25,314 bases of DNA from Caldisericaceae bacterium (GTDB lineage: Bacteria; Caldisericota; Caldisericia; Caldisericales; Caldisericaceae): the NCBI GenBank assembly GCA_049967855.1, contig JBMFRX010000017.1, positions 1 through 25,314 of the forward strand, in the 5' to 3' direction. This document shows, one piece after another, positions 9,102 to 19,050 of this stretch (the stretch's first letter is position 1; each line of letters starts with the position of its first letter). A model generated the notes under the pieces. That model did not search any database, was not told the DNA's origin, and saw only the letters and a list, made by a program, of their open reading frames with translations. A program made the translations under genes and the position numbers.

Positions 9102-10075
9102 TTTCTTTCAAACTCTTTGATTGCATATCTCATTTTCTGAGCAGTCTCTTCTACCGAAAGCGGATTTGCACAAGCCCAGGCTCCCATTTCAGAAGAAGCA
9201 TACCATTTTATTTTGTCCTTGTCCCTCAACGGCGGATAAAACTCAATATGAAAATGGAAGAAAGTCTTGCTTTCTTTATACTCCTCAGCATTTACTGGTG
9301 TCTGGTGAATAACCATCATATAAGGGAATGGACGTTCAAACAACATATCAAAGGCACCTGTTATAGTTTTAAGCATAGCCGCCAGGTCCTTCTTCTCTTC
9401 CTCTGCCAACTCTGAAAGATTGCCGAAGTGTCTTTTGCTGACAATGAAAACCCCGTATGGATAATCTGTAAAGAAAGGAAGGTATGCGATAAAACCAGCA
9501 TTTTCAAATACAACTCTCTTCTCGAAGACTATCTCTTCCTTGTTCATATGGCAAATCATACACTCTTTGTGCTCCTCGTAGTACTCCTTGCAGGATTCCA
9601 GCTCAGCTTTGAGTTTAAGTGGTACGTATGGATACGCGTAAATTTGCCCATGAGGATGAGAAATCGTCACTCCAACCTCTTCACCGCGGTTCTCAAATGG
9701 AAAAACATATTTTATTTTCTTATCATTTGACAGCTCGTTGTTTCTTTCAATCCACAGATTCACAAGTTTAATAATATGCTCAATACTCAGCTGCCACAGT
9801 TTTGCATTGTGGTCTGACGAGTACAAGATTACCTCACACTTCCCGTAGTTTGGCATAACTCTGTAGAAATCATTACCTACAACCTCAGGCTCATCGGGTT
9901 GCATTTTTAAAACGGGAAAATCATTGTCGTACTTTAGCACATCATAATGGTCGGGCACTTTTCCTGAGCCAGGACAAAAAGGACACCAATCCTTAGGCAT
10001 ATTCGGACGCTCCTGCCTATTTGGAGCCACCATTACCCATGTTTTGAGTAGCGGATTCCATCGCAATTCACCCAT
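9092..10075 (-). CDS. galT: Galactose-1-phosphate uridylyltransferase
   Basis: ELRWNPL, CPFCPG, FENRG, HPHGQ catalytic motif. Start moved to ATG 10075 because of the GGAGG SD at 10081-10085; overlaps galK by 10 nt. Confidence 0.96.
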   Translation of the reverse strand: MGELRWNPLLKTWVMVAPNRQERPNMPKDWCPFCPGSGKVPDHYDVLKYDNDFPVLKMQPDEPEVVGNDFYRVMPNYGKCEVILYSSDHNAKLWQLSIEHIIKLVNLWIERNNELSNDKKIKYVFPFENRGEEVGVTISHPHGQIYAYPYVPLKLKAELESCKEYYEEHKECMICHMNKEEIVFEKRVVFENAGFIAYLPFFTDYPYGVFIVSKRHFGNLSELAEEEKKDLAAMLKTITGAFDMLFERPFPYMMVIHQTPVNAEEYKESKTFFHFHIEFYPPLRDKDKIKWYASSEMGAWACANPLSVEETAQKMRYAIKEFERKWT

Positions 10076-10429
10076 ATGAACCTCCAAAGACAAATTTATT
10101 TTCAATCATTCTTGATTAATATTTTAAGAGAATCGTTAACTTTTCAAAAACCTCAGTTCAGTTTTTCTAATTAATTTTGACTATGTTTTCTCACTAATAA
10201 ACGAAAAGAGGAATCCACCCTCTGCAAGAGTACTAGAAAGAAAGACATCAGAATATGTGAAATTTATATGAGGCTACAAATGAGAATTGATTAAAAGTAT
10301 CCATACTTCTCGCCGTAGGGCACACCCTCTATCAAACTATTATTAAGAGTTTATTTTACTTAAAGAGGAAAATCTATTATTTATAAATTTTGAAAAGGAA
10401 AATAACAAAAATTTTCGTATTTATAATAG

Positions 10430-12163
10430 ATGAAAGATTTAGAAGAATATGTTTCAGAAATTCATAATAAGGTTGACATAGTTGAATTTATTTCACAGTA
10501 TGTTAAGTTGAAGAAGCAAGGCTCCAATTTTGTTGGATTGTGTCCTTTTCATCACGAGAAGACCCCTTCGTTTGTTGTAAGCCCAGCAAAACAGATTTTC
10601 CACTGCTTTGGTTGCGGAGCAAGCGGAGACGTGATTAAATTTGCAATGATGATTGAGAACATTGAATTCAAAGATGCCCTGACAAAACTTGCCACAACTG
10701 CAAACATAGCACCTCCAGACTTCAACCTAAAGGGCGCAAGCAAAACTGATAAAGAAGAAATAAAGTCTGTTAATGAGAAGGCTTTGGACTACTACAGGAA
10801 GTCTCTCACAAGCGATGTCGAAAATTACCTTCTGAAAAGAGGCTTAACAAAGGAAACTATTGAAAGATTCGGTTTCGGGTTTGCTCCTCAAGATTCTAAA
10901 GCGCTTATTGACTATTTGAGACAGAGTGGATTGACTGACAGTCAAATCATCAAATCTGGCAACTTTAAAAGAGGCGCTGATGGGAAAATAGTTCCATACT
11001 TCTGGAACAGAATTATGATCCCAATTTTCGATGTTAATGGAGGAGTTATAGGCTTTAGCGGAAGAAGCTTTGACGGGCATGACCCAAAATATCTTAACTC
11101 TCCAGACACTCCAGTTTTCAAAAAGGGAGCCGTGCTCTATCCGTTGAACTTCACGAAAGACTACATTCATGAAGCAAGGGCAGCCCTGATAGTAGAAGGT
11201 TATTTTGATGTTATAGTGCTTTTTCAGGAAGGGATAAGAAATGTTGTCTCTCCAATGGGGACTTCCTTCACAGAAGACCAGGCAAAACTTCTCAAGAGGT
11301 ATGCAGATAAGTTCTACTTCTTCTTTGATAATGATACTGGAGGGAGGCTTGGAGCCGAAAGAGCTGTAGAAACTTGCGGCAAAGCAGATATCCCTATGGC
11401 TATTGTCACATCCACAGACGCTCAAGACCCAGACGAGATTATATTGAAGCTCGGCAAGGAAAAAGTCTTGGAACTAATTAATAGTGCCAGAGACCCAATC
11501 GATTTTATTGCAGATTTTGAACTTGCAACATCAGGCAAAACTCCTCAGGGTATAGCGCAGGTGGCCGATAAATTGCTGAATGTTATCTCTAAAATCAGCA
11601 ACAAAACATCAGTATATGAATATATAAGGCGCATTTCTATATTGCTTGATACCGACCCAAAATTTCTGATAGACCAGTATAACAAGAATATTACTTCTGC
11701 AAAGAGAAGAAAGACTAACGAACCTTTAACAATTGAGACAAACAAGCTGAAAACAATCGAAGAGATTTTGACACAGGCAGTCCTTCAAAGAAAAGACAAA
11801 CTTGCCCTTGTTTTATCATCAATCAACGCAGAAGAATTCGAAGAGCCTTACAGAGACATCATCCTAAGAGCAACAAAGGACGTCGAGGAAGATCGCACGC
11901 CAGACACATCGCTCTGGCTGGATATCGAAGACAGCACTCTGAGTACTGCTATTGCTCTTTCACTACGCGACCCTTATCTTGCCCGTGACGAAGCAATAGA
12001 AAAAGCAATAAGTGCTTACAATGCATACAAAACTTACAATAACTACATAAAAGTTCTTTTTGAGGAGATATCAAGAAGTGAAAACTATGAATCCATTAAG
12101 GACAAGACAAAAGAATACAATGAAGCATTAAGGAAGATTAAGGGAGGCAAAAAAAATGGCTGA
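10430..12163 (+). CDS. dnaG: DNA primase
   Basis: Zn finger [11 protein letters not shown]...[29 protein letters not shown] and DPD motifs. Confidence 0.97.
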   Translation: MKDLEEYVSEIHNKVDIVEFISQYVKLKKQGSNFVGLCPFHHEKTPSFVVSPAKQIFHCFGCGASGDVIKFAMMIENIEFKDALTKLATTANIAPPDFNLKGASKTDKEEIKSVNEKALDYYRKSLTSDVENYLLKRGLTKETIERFGFGFAPQDSKALIDYLRQSGLTDSQIIKSGNFKRGADGKIVPYFWNRIMIPIFDVNGGVIGFSGRSFDGHDPKYLNSPDTPVFKKGAVLYPLNFTKDYIHEARAALIVEGYFDVIVLFQEGIRNVVSPMGTSFTEDQAKLLKRYADKFYFFFDNDTGGRLGAERAVETCGKADIPMAIVTSTDAQDPDEIILKLGKEKVLELINSARDPIDFIADFELATSGKTPQGIAQVADKLLNVISKISNKTSVYEYIRRISILLDTDPKFLIDQYNKNITSAKRRKTNEPLTIETNKLKTIEEILTQAVLQRKDKLALVLSSINAEEFEEPYRDIILRATKDVEEDRTPDTSLWLDIEDSTLSTAIALSLRDPYLARDEAIEKAISAYNAYKTYNNYIKVLFEEISRSENYESIKDKTKEYNEALRKIKGGKKNG

Positions 12164-13334
12164 AAATAAAATTGAGACTAAGGAAAAAATAGATTCAAAG
12201 GACAAGGCTAAAACCCTTCAAATGACAAAAAACTACCTGAAGAAGCTAAAGAATCTAACTAAAGATGAAAAAGAAGTGGTACGCAAATTCATAGAGAGGG
12301 GAAGAGTCACAGGTTTTCTGTCGTATGAAGAAATTGCAGATTCACTTGAGAGAATTCCAATAGAGACTGACAACCTCGATGAGTTTTTTATGCTGCTAAG
12401 AAAATTCTCTGTAAACTATGGAGACAAAGAAAGAATAGAACGGATTAAAGGAAAAATCGACAGAAAGAACGTTGAGGAAACCGAGATAACAGAACTAAGG
12501 AATCCTATTCAGTCATACCTTGCAAATATCGGACAAATTGACCTTTTGACACCTCAGGAGGAACTCGAGCTTGGCAAAAAAGTTGTTCAGGGAGATGCAG
12601 ACGCAAAAAGACGTCTACTTGAGGCAAACCTCAGGCTCGTTGTGAGCATTGCAAAAAGATACACTGGGCACGGGCTTTCTTTTCTTGACTTGATTCAAGA
12701 AGGCAATCTCGGATTAATAAGAGCTGTCGAGAAATTCGACTACAGGAAGGGCTTCAGATTTTCCACCTATGCAACCTGGTGGATAAGACAAGCTGTAACA
12801 AGAGCGCTTGCCGACCAATCAAGATTGATAAGAGTTCCAGTGCATATGGTTGAAAGCATCAACAAAATCGAGAGAGCATCAAAAGAGCTTATGCAGGAAC
12901 TCGGGCGAGAGCCTTCTTACAAAGAGATAGCAGAAAGAACGGGAATAACAGACAAAAAGATTGCAAAATACTTGAGGCTTTCCCAACAACCGCTTTCTCT
13001 TGAAATGCCCGTTGGTGACGAGGAAGAAAGCAGGCTCGAGAATTTCATTGAGGACAACAAACAGCCTACACCAGAAAGGGAAAGCATGAGCCAATTCTAC
13101 AAAGAACAATTGGAGAAAGTCCTTGACAAGCTCACGACTCGTGAAAAGGAAATCTTGAAATACAGGATGGGACTTGATGGAGAATACCCTCATACACTTG
13201 AAGAAGTTGGTACTATTTTCGGAGTTACAAGAGAACGCATAAGACAGGTTGAAGCAAAAGCCAAAAGAAGGCTAAGCAACTATTTGCATGAAATCGAAAA
13301 AGAAGAAGGAGAAACTGACGAGGATATTTGGTAG
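12156..13334 (+). CDS. rpoD: Primary sigma factor sigma70/SigA
   Basis: [52 protein letters not shown]; directly after dnaG. Confidence 0.97.
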   Translation: MAENKIETKEKIDSKDKAKTLQMTKNYLKKLKNLTKDEKEVVRKFIERGRVTGFLSYEEIADSLERIPIETDNLDEFFMLLRKFSVNYGDKERIERIKGKIDRKNVEETEITELRNPIQSYLANIGQIDLLTPQEELELGKKVVQGDADAKRRLLEANLRLVVSIAKRYTGHGLSFLDLIQEGNLGLIRAVEKFDYRKGFRFSTYATWWIRQAVTRALADQSRLIRVPVHMVESINKIERASKELMQELGREPSYKEIAERTGITDKKIAKYLRLSQQPLSLEMPVGDEEESRLENFIEDNKQPTPERESMSQFYKEQLEKVLDKLTTREKEILKYRMGLDGEYPHTLEEVGTIFGVTRERIRQVEAKAKRRLSNYLHEIEKEEGETDEDIW

Positions 13335-13340
13335 AATTAC

Positions 13341-13364
13341 GGTGGGAAGAAGATTCTTCCCGCC
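13341..13364. terminator. Hairpin between convergent rpoD and csaA, likely bidirectional terminator
   Basis: GGTGGGAAGA-AGAT-TCTTCCCGCC, a 10-bp stem with one G-U pair in the 36-nt gap; U-tract is weak. Confidence 0.6.
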
Positions 13365-13370
13365 AATTTA

Positions 13371-13703
13371 CTAATACATTCTCCTTCCTAATGGTACTTC
13401 CACGTCAGGTGCCAAAAGGACAACGTTCCCATTGTTGTCATTCACGCCAAGCACAAGCACCTCTGACACAAAATTGGCAATCTGTTTTGGAGGGAAGTTT
13501 ACAACTGCTATTATCTCTCTTCCAACAAGGTCCTCTATTTTGTAGTTTTGAGTAATCTGGGCACTTGACTTTTTGATACCGAGTTCCCCAAAATCTATTA
13601 CAAGTTTATAGGCAGGCTTTAAAGCCTCTTTAAAAAAAGAAGCCTCGAGAATTCGACCGACTCGCACTTCCACTTTTTCAAAATCTTGATAAGTAATTTC
13701 CAT
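13371..13703 (-). CDS. csaA: CsaA/Trbp111-family tRNA-binding chaperone
   Basis: KPAYKLVIDFGELGIKKSSAQIT and VVNFPPKQIANFVSEVLVLG are characteristic of CsaA. Start set at ATG 13703, just after the pepT stop. Confidence 0.9.
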   Translation of the reverse strand: MEITYQDFEKVEVRVGRILEASFFKEALKPAYKLVIDFGELGIKKSSAQITQNYKIEDLVGREIIAVVNFPPKQIANFVSEVLVLGVNDNNGNVVLLAPDVEVPLGRRMY

Positions 13704-13707
13704 GAGA

Positions 13708-14913
13708 CTATTTTGCAATGTCCTTTATTATATTTACAATAACTTGAGAAGCCTTTTCCATAGGCTGAACAGGAATAAATTCATAAACGCTGTGATAATT
13801 GTGCCCACCTGTAAAGATGTTGGGTGTAGGAATTCCCATATAAGATAAGCGAGCTCCATCTGTGCCACCTCTGATTGGTTTTGGCTCAAACTTGACCCCT
13901 GCTTCTTCATAAGCCTTCTCTGCAATCTTAACAATCTCAGGGTGCTTGTCGATAACTTCTTTCATATTGTAATACGAGTCTTTCATTTTAACTGAGGCCA
14001 ATTTAGCACCGTATTTCTCGTTGATGAAGTTAACACACTTTTTGGCAAACAATTTCCTGCTCTCAAACTTATCTCTGTCAAAGTCTCTTATTATACACTT
14101 CACCGTAACACGCTCTATACTTCCTTCAATTTCATCAAAGTGGTAAAAGCCTTCGTAGCGCTCTGTTGTCTCTGGAGTTTCACTTTTCGGGAAAAGCCCT
14201 ATTAATTCCGAGGCAATAGTAACAGCATTTTTCATAATACCCTTGGCACTTCCTGGGTGAATATTCCTCCCTTTAACAGTAAAAATGACCGAGGCCGCAT
14301 TGAAATTCTCGTATTCAAATCCGCCGATTCTGTCTCCATCAAGAGTATAGGCAAAGTCTGCGCCAAATTTCTTGGGGTCAAAATGATCCATACCACCTCC
14401 AACCTCTTCGTCAGGAGTAAAGGCAAATGCAACTTCACCATGTTTTTTGTCTTTGATCTGAGTCAAGGCTTCAACGATTTCCGCAATACCTGCTTTGTCA
14501 TCTGCGCCAAGCAGTGTAGTGCCATCGGTCACAACAATATCATCGTGCAAGTAGTCATTTAAACAAGGAAACTGCTCGGGACTGAGTCTCATATGAGGGT
14601 TGAGGACAATGTCTTTTCCATCAAAATCGTGAATTATCTTAGGCTTTACATTGGCTCCACTGACATCAGGAGAAGTATCCATATGGGCAATGAAACCAAC
14701 TACAGGAATTTTTTTTGAAACGTTCGAAGGAATTTTGCCGTATATATAGCCAAACTTGTCAAGCTCGCATTCAAAACCAGTCTTTTTTAATTCATCTAAA
14801 AGATGCCTTGCAAAGATGAGCTGCTTTGTAGTCGTCGGAAACGTTTTTGAGTTAGGATCCGATTGAGTATCATAGGATACGTAATCTAAGAAATTCTCCA
14901 AAATCTTTTTCAT
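13708..14913 (-). CDS. pepT: Peptidase T (M20B tripeptide aminopeptidase)
   Basis: FIAHMDTSPD, TLLGADDKAG, FTPDEEVG, HPGSAKG, PIRGGTDG, GGHNYHS. Confidence 0.96.
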   Translation of the reverse strand: MKKILENFLDYVSYDTQSDPNSKTFPTTTKQLIFARHLLDELKKTGFECELDKFGYIYGKIPSNVSKKIPVVGFIAHMDTSPDVSGANVKPKIIHDFDGKDIVLNPHMRLSPEQFPCLNDYLHDDIVVTDGTTLLGADDKAGIAEIVEALTQIKDKKHGEVAFAFTPDEEVGGGMDHFDPKKFGADFAYTLDGDRIGGFEYENFNAASVIFTVKGRNIHPGSAKGIMKNAVTIASELIGLFPKSETPETTERYEGFYHFDEIEGSIERVTVKCIIRDFDRDKFESRKLFAKKCVNFINEKYGAKLASVKMKDSYYNMKEVIDKHPEIVKIAEKAYEEAGVKFEPKPIRGGTDGARLSYMGIPTPNIFTGGHNYHSVYEFIPVQPMEKASQVIVNIIKDIAK

Positions 14914-15002
14914 TTTTCAATCTCCTTTTTGGATATTTTACACAGATTTTAGAATTATAAAAACAAAATTGAGCTATAATATTATAAAAAGTGGAGGCTA
15001 TT

Positions 15003-15731
15003 ATGGCAGAGTTTCATTTGAAGTGTGAGAAAGAAGATGTTTCAGAGTATGTTATGCTTGTTGGCAACCCGCAGCGTGCGGAGCGCATATCAACAATGCT
15101 TCAAGATGCAAAACTTGTAAACGAAAACAGGCATCTCTATGTGTTCACAGGCTTTTATAACGGGGAGAGGCTTACAATCGCCACAACAGGTATGGGGGCT
15201 CCATCAACTGCAATTGTCCTCGAGGAACTCGTCAATTTGGGTGGAAAATACTTCATACGAGTAGGCTCGGCAGGAGGCATAGCACCAAATCTAAATGTGG
15301 GCGATGTTGTGATTGCAACAGGCAGCGTAAGAGATGACGGGACAACTCCATACTACTTGAAGCAATCTTTCCCTGCGGTCCCCGACTTCGAAGTTCTCAA
15401 AACTATTATAGAGACTGGTAGAGAGATTAAGCCAAACGTGGACTATGGAGTGGTAATTTCAGAAGACCCTTTCTACATTCCTTATACTGACCGCGAGATG
15501 GAACTCTTCGTCAAGGCAAACGTCAAAGCCATTGAAATGGAAAGTGGATGTGTGTTTATTGTATCCCAATTCAGAGGTGTCAAGGCTGGGGCACTCTTTG
15601 CACTTGATGGCAATGTAACTCTCAAACAAATGAAGGCAGCCGGACACGATGACCTTTATAAACAAGGAGAAGACAATGCAATAAAAATCGGATTGGAATC
15701 ACTCTACAAATTAAGCAGGAGGAACAAATGA
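15003..15731 (+). CDS. Nucleoside phosphorylase (PNP/UDP-1 family)
   Basis: VGNPQRA, TGMGAPS, IRVGSAGG, EMES motifs. Start at ATG 15003 after GGAGG (14993-14997). Substrate not determinable. Confidence 0.88.
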   Translation: MAEFHLKCEKEDVSEYVMLVGNPQRAERISTMLQDAKLVNENRHLYVFTGFYNGERLTIATTGMGAPSTAIVLEELVNLGGKYFIRVGSAGGIAPNLNVGDVVIATGSVRDDGTTPYYLKQSFPAVPDFEVLKTIIETGREIKPNVDYGVVISEDPFYIPYTDREMELFVKANVKAIEMESGCVFIVSQFRGVKAGALFALDGNVTLKQMKAAGHDDLYKQGEDNAIKIGLESLYKLSRRNK

Positions 15732-16615
15732 GAGTAAATGACGAAGTTAAACAGGCAATTGCAGAAAGCAAACCTGTTGTTGCTCTTGAATCAACAATCA
15801 TAACCCACGGAATGCCTTATCCCACGAACGTTGAAACAGCTTTTGCAGTTGAAGAAGAAGTGAGAAGAAGTGGTGCTATACCTGCAACAATTGGAGTTAT
15901 TGCAGGAGAAATAATCGTTGGCCTGAGCAAAGAAGAGATAGAGCACCTCGGACATTCTAAAAATGTTATGAAGCTTTCTTCGCGTGAGTTGCCACTGTCT
16001 GTTGTTAAAAAGGCCGATGGCGGTACAACTGTTTCTGCGACTTCTTTTGTTGCAGAAATTGCCGGGATAAAAGTTTTTGCAACAGGTGGAATTGGGGGAG
16101 TTCACAGAGGGGCTGAAACTACATTCGATATTTCACGTGACCTTGAGGAAATGTCTTTAAGAAATATAATCATTGTTTCGGCTGGCGCAAAATCAATCCT
16201 TGATATTCCAAAAACAATCGAATACCTTGAAACAAACGGCGTGCTTATATTGGGTGTCGGGACTGATGAGTTCCCGTCTTTCTATTCTCGCAAATCAGGC
16301 GTGAGGATTCCAAGAGTCGAAAGCGAGCGCGAAGTTGCGCAGATCTTCAAAGAGAAAACTTCTCTTGGGCTGCCAGGCTCAATCCTTGTAGCTAATCCAA
16401 TTCCAGAGAGTGACGAAATCCCCTATTCAACTGTGGAAGTTTGGATAGACGAAGCGTTAAGTGATTTAAATGCAAACAAAATCTCAGGCAAAGCTGTTAC
16501 TCCATATCTTCTTAGCAGGCTTTCAGAAAAGAGCGAGGGAATGACTCTTGCATCCAACGTAAACCTTGTAAAAAACAACGCAAGAGTTGCTGCACTGATT
16601 GCAAAAAATCTCTGA
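15728..16615 (+). CDS. psuG: Pseudouridine-5'-phosphate glycosidase
   Basis: VALESTIITHGMPYP, TTVSAT, FATGGIGGVHRG, DISRDL, GAKSILD, GKAVTPYLL. Confidence 0.95.
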   Translation: MRVNDEVKQAIAESKPVVALESTIITHGMPYPTNVETAFAVEEEVRRSGAIPATIGVIAGEIIVGLSKEEIEHLGHSKNVMKLSSRELPLSVVKKADGGTTVSATSFVAEIAGIKVFATGGIGGVHRGAETTFDISRDLEEMSLRNIIIVSAGAKSILDIPKTIEYLETNGVLILGVGTDEFPSFYSRKSGVRIPRVESEREVAQIFKEKTSLGLPGSILVANPIPESDEIPYSTVEVWIDEALSDLNANKISGKAVTPYLLSRLSEKSEGMTLASNVNLVKNNARVAALIAKNL

Positions 16616-16616
16616 T

Positions 16617-17354
16617 ATGGATGATTGGACAAAGGATTATTTTGATGAGTTGTACCTCAAGTACTTTCTTCAAAACCAGAAAGAAGAGCTTACCTCAGAC
16701 CAGGTCACCTTTCTCGAGACGCTCATACAAGACAAAAAAGACATTCTTGATGCAGGTTGCGGCATAGGAAGACACTCACTCCTACTTGCAAAACATGGTT
16801 ACAATGTAGTAGGGATAGATAACTCAAAGCTTTACATAGACACAGCTAAATCATTGAAACAAATCGCAAACCTTGACAGTGTCGAATTCTACACTATGGA
16901 CATACGTTCACTTGAGTTTGCAAACAGATTTGATATAGTTATGAGCCTTTGGTCATCTTTCGGCTACTTTGACGAAAACACGAACAACGACATTCTCCGA
17001 AGATTTGCTATTGCCCTTAAAAAGGATGGCATGCTCATAATTGATGTGGAGAACAGAGATTACATACTTAGATACTTTATCTACGAAACTTTTTCAAAGA
17101 AAGACGACATTTATATTCTCGAGAGACGTAAGTTCCATCCATTGTCTTCAGAGGTAACTACTCACAGGTACTTTGTGGGGAAGGACATTGATAAAGAGTA
17201 TATCCGCTCTATTAGATTGTACACAGCGACAGAACTCATAAATATGTTCAATTCTATAGGACTCAAGGACATTAAAATATATGGAGATTATAACGGAGAA
17301 AAGTTCCATCTGAACTCGCAGCGCATAATAATTGTGGGCAAAAAGCACGATTAA
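16617..17354 (+). CDS. Class I SAM-dependent methyltransferase
   Basis: ILDAGCGIGRH motif I, VVGID, FDIV, SSFGYF. ATG 16617 lies 1 nt after the psuG stop and is preferred to the ORF-track start 16599. Confidence 0.9.
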   Translation: MDDWTKDYFDELYLKYFLQNQKEELTSDQVTFLETLIQDKKDILDAGCGIGRHSLLLAKHGYNVVGIDNSKLYIDTAKSLKQIANLDSVEFYTMDIRSLEFANRFDIVMSLWSSFGYFDENTNNDILRRFAIALKKDGMLIIDVENRDYILRYFIYETFSKKDDIYILERRKFHPLSSEVTTHRYFVGKDIDKEYIRSIRLYTATELINMFNSIGLKDIKIYGDYNGEKFHLNSQRIIIVGKKHD

Positions 17355-17378
17355 TAATTGAAAGTAAGGAGGAACTAA

Positions 17379-17678
17379 ATGCAAAATATGCCTTTCCAAA
17401 CGCCGTATCTGTACCCGACGGACATTTCCGCAATTTACCAGAAACTTTCAGCTGCCTTATCTGCTTTGCCAAAAATTCTCGGACTGCTTTTTGTTGCTGC
17501 TGTGCCTGTGGCATTTATTGTTCTGATTCTCATACTTTTGTTCAAAATAAACAATCGTTTGAACAGCATATACTGGATCTTATCACAGCATACAAATGAC
17601 AAAGACACTGTAAAGAAGGCCAAAACACTTGAAGGCGTGTTTGAGAATGAAGAAAAAGATAAAGAAGTCAAGAAATAA
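17379..17678 (+). CDS. Small hypothetical membrane protein
   Basis: Strong SD AAGGAGGA; one long hydrophobic stretch (ILGLLFVAAVPVAFIVLILILLF) and a charged C-tail. Confidence 0.7.
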   Translation: MQNMPFQTPYLYPTDISAIYQKLSAALSALPKILGLLFVAAVPVAFIVLILILLFKINNRLNSIYWILSQHTNDKDTVKKAKTLEGVFENEEKDKEVKK

Positions 17679-17840
17679 TACAGCATGATAAAAATCTATC
17701 TCCACAGTTTTAAGGCAGTATGTATTTGGGCATTGAGCTCGGTGATTATCTTAGTCAAAGAATCACACAGCAAAAAAGCGAGCCGTTGACAAAATTATTT
17801 CTTTAAAAAGGTAGGAATAAGAGTAAACATATTAAGAAAC

Positions 17841-17929
17841 TGAGTGAAAGAACGTTCACGCTTTGTCACATAATGTCAAGACTTGTCACGCTTGTAACAT
17901 ATGTCACATAAAGTATGTTCACTCATACT
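17841..17929. repeat. Phased TGTCAC-like hexamer array within inverted repeats (candidate multi-site operator)
   Basis: Hexamers at 17854, 17864, 17874, 17884, 17893, 17902; TGAGTGAA (17841-17848) and TTCACTCA (17918-17925) flank them as an inverted pair. Confidence 0.6.
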
Positions 17930-18230
17930 AGAAATACAGAAGAGAGGGCTCTTCAAGACAAAACTTTAGATACTGACCTTTCTGAATAAAGCTATTACAA
18001 CATATACTCATCGAAACTAAACAGTGTTAAGCTTCAAACTATCAAACCAAGACTCACAATACTTTCTTCTAAGAGCAAACCTAGAGCAAATTAGCCTAAG
18101 GTGTATACGCACGAGTATGTTTTGGGCAAAAGAGTTACAATCATATGTCAATAAATCCAATTAAGATAATATGACCTGAAAGACTAAAACATTTTGTTGG
18201 TTTATGTATAATATTTAAGGAGGCGAAATT

Positions 18231-18764
18231 ATGAGATACTATATTGACGCAATTAAAAGGTATGTCGACTTTAATGGAAGGACAAGTCGCAGAGGCTACT
18301 GGATGTTTGTGTTATGGAATTTTATTTTTTCTGTAGTTGCACAGCTTTTGGACAGAGTTTTTAAAACTTCTCTTCCTTTTGTCACGACTTTCTACGTTAG
18401 CGGCTCTGGAGGAAAGATGCCCAGCAATTACACAGGGCTTATCGCCTTTTTATACAGTATTTTTGTTTTTCTTCCTGGCATATCTGTTACAGTGAGAAGG
18501 CTACACGACATTGGCAAGAGCGGCTGGTGGTATCTTTTCTTCATAATAGTAACGATTATTCCTGCTGGTCTGGTTGCAATAGTCATAAGCGCTTTCAAAA
18601 CCACAAATCAATCTGTTTTATGGCTGCTTTTGATTACACTGATTGCTGCTGTTTGGATAACTGTTTGGCTTGCAACACCTTCACAGATGAGCCCTAACAA
18701 ATATGGTGAAATTCCAGACGACATTCAAAAGCAAATGTTTACCTCCGATAAAACTGATAATTGA
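18231..18764 (+). CDS. DUF805 (YhaH/YhaI-like) inner membrane protein
   Basis: YVDFNGRTSRRGYW, VTVRRLHDIGKSGWW, PNKYG signature motifs; SD AAGGAGG. Confidence 0.92.
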   Translation: MRYYIDAIKRYVDFNGRTSRRGYWMFVLWNFIFSVVAQLLDRVFKTSLPFVTTFYVSGSGGKMPSNYTGLIAFLYSIFVFLPGISVTVRRLHDIGKSGWWYLFFIIVTIIPAGLVAIVISAFKTTNQSVLWLLLITLIAAVWITVWLATPSQMSPNKYGEIPDDIQKQMFTSDKTDN

Positions 18765-18974
18765 TTATTGAAGTTAACAATTTTTTGATTTTAATTTACG
18801 CAAGTGTATAGTAGCGCAATTAAGTTAATGGTTGCACGCTGACTATGCATATAAAGAGGCGATCGTAAAATCTCGCTTACAAGAATCTCCTTAAGCACTC
18901 GCAAAGGAAGATAGTTACATAGAGAAAGTCTGAATACTTTACGGTATATTTGAGACTTCGTACACGAATTTAGG

Positions 18975-19047
18975 AGAGTGAAATATACTAAAGAAGAAAC
19001 TGTTGCCTATGTAGAATCCACTGAAAAGGAGTATGGATTAGAGAGGA
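18975..19047 (+). repeat. 73-bp direct repeat, copy 1 (probable IS fragment)
   Basis: 66/73 identical, ungapped, to 24945-25017; translates from GTG 18978 as VKYTKEETVAYVESTEKEYGLER. Confidence 0.9.
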
Positions 19048-19050
19048 ACG

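Noticed and set aside
10311..10330. CGCCGTAGGGCACACCCT resembling a GTAG-type REP
   Set aside because: Single short degenerate copy with no partner arm.
10422..10432. Leaderless dnaG transcript (TATAAT just before ATG, no SD)
   Set aside because: The hexamer ends only 2 nt before the ATG, too close to place the start site at the A; unresolved without TSS data.
342..17686. Numerous 60-190 aa ORFs antisense or out of frame to the main genes (e.g. 2586-3050, 4572-4973, 9029-9415, 10844-11425, 13328-13555)
   Set aside because: They overlap well-supported genes largely or entirely and show no motifs; treated as shadow ORFs.
17717..18128. AGTATGT recurring at 17717, 17912 and 18114 (about 200-bp period), with AGTATGT(A)TTTGGGCA shared by the first and last
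   Set aside because: The intervening units show no similarity and the shared core is too short to separate from chance; not called an array.
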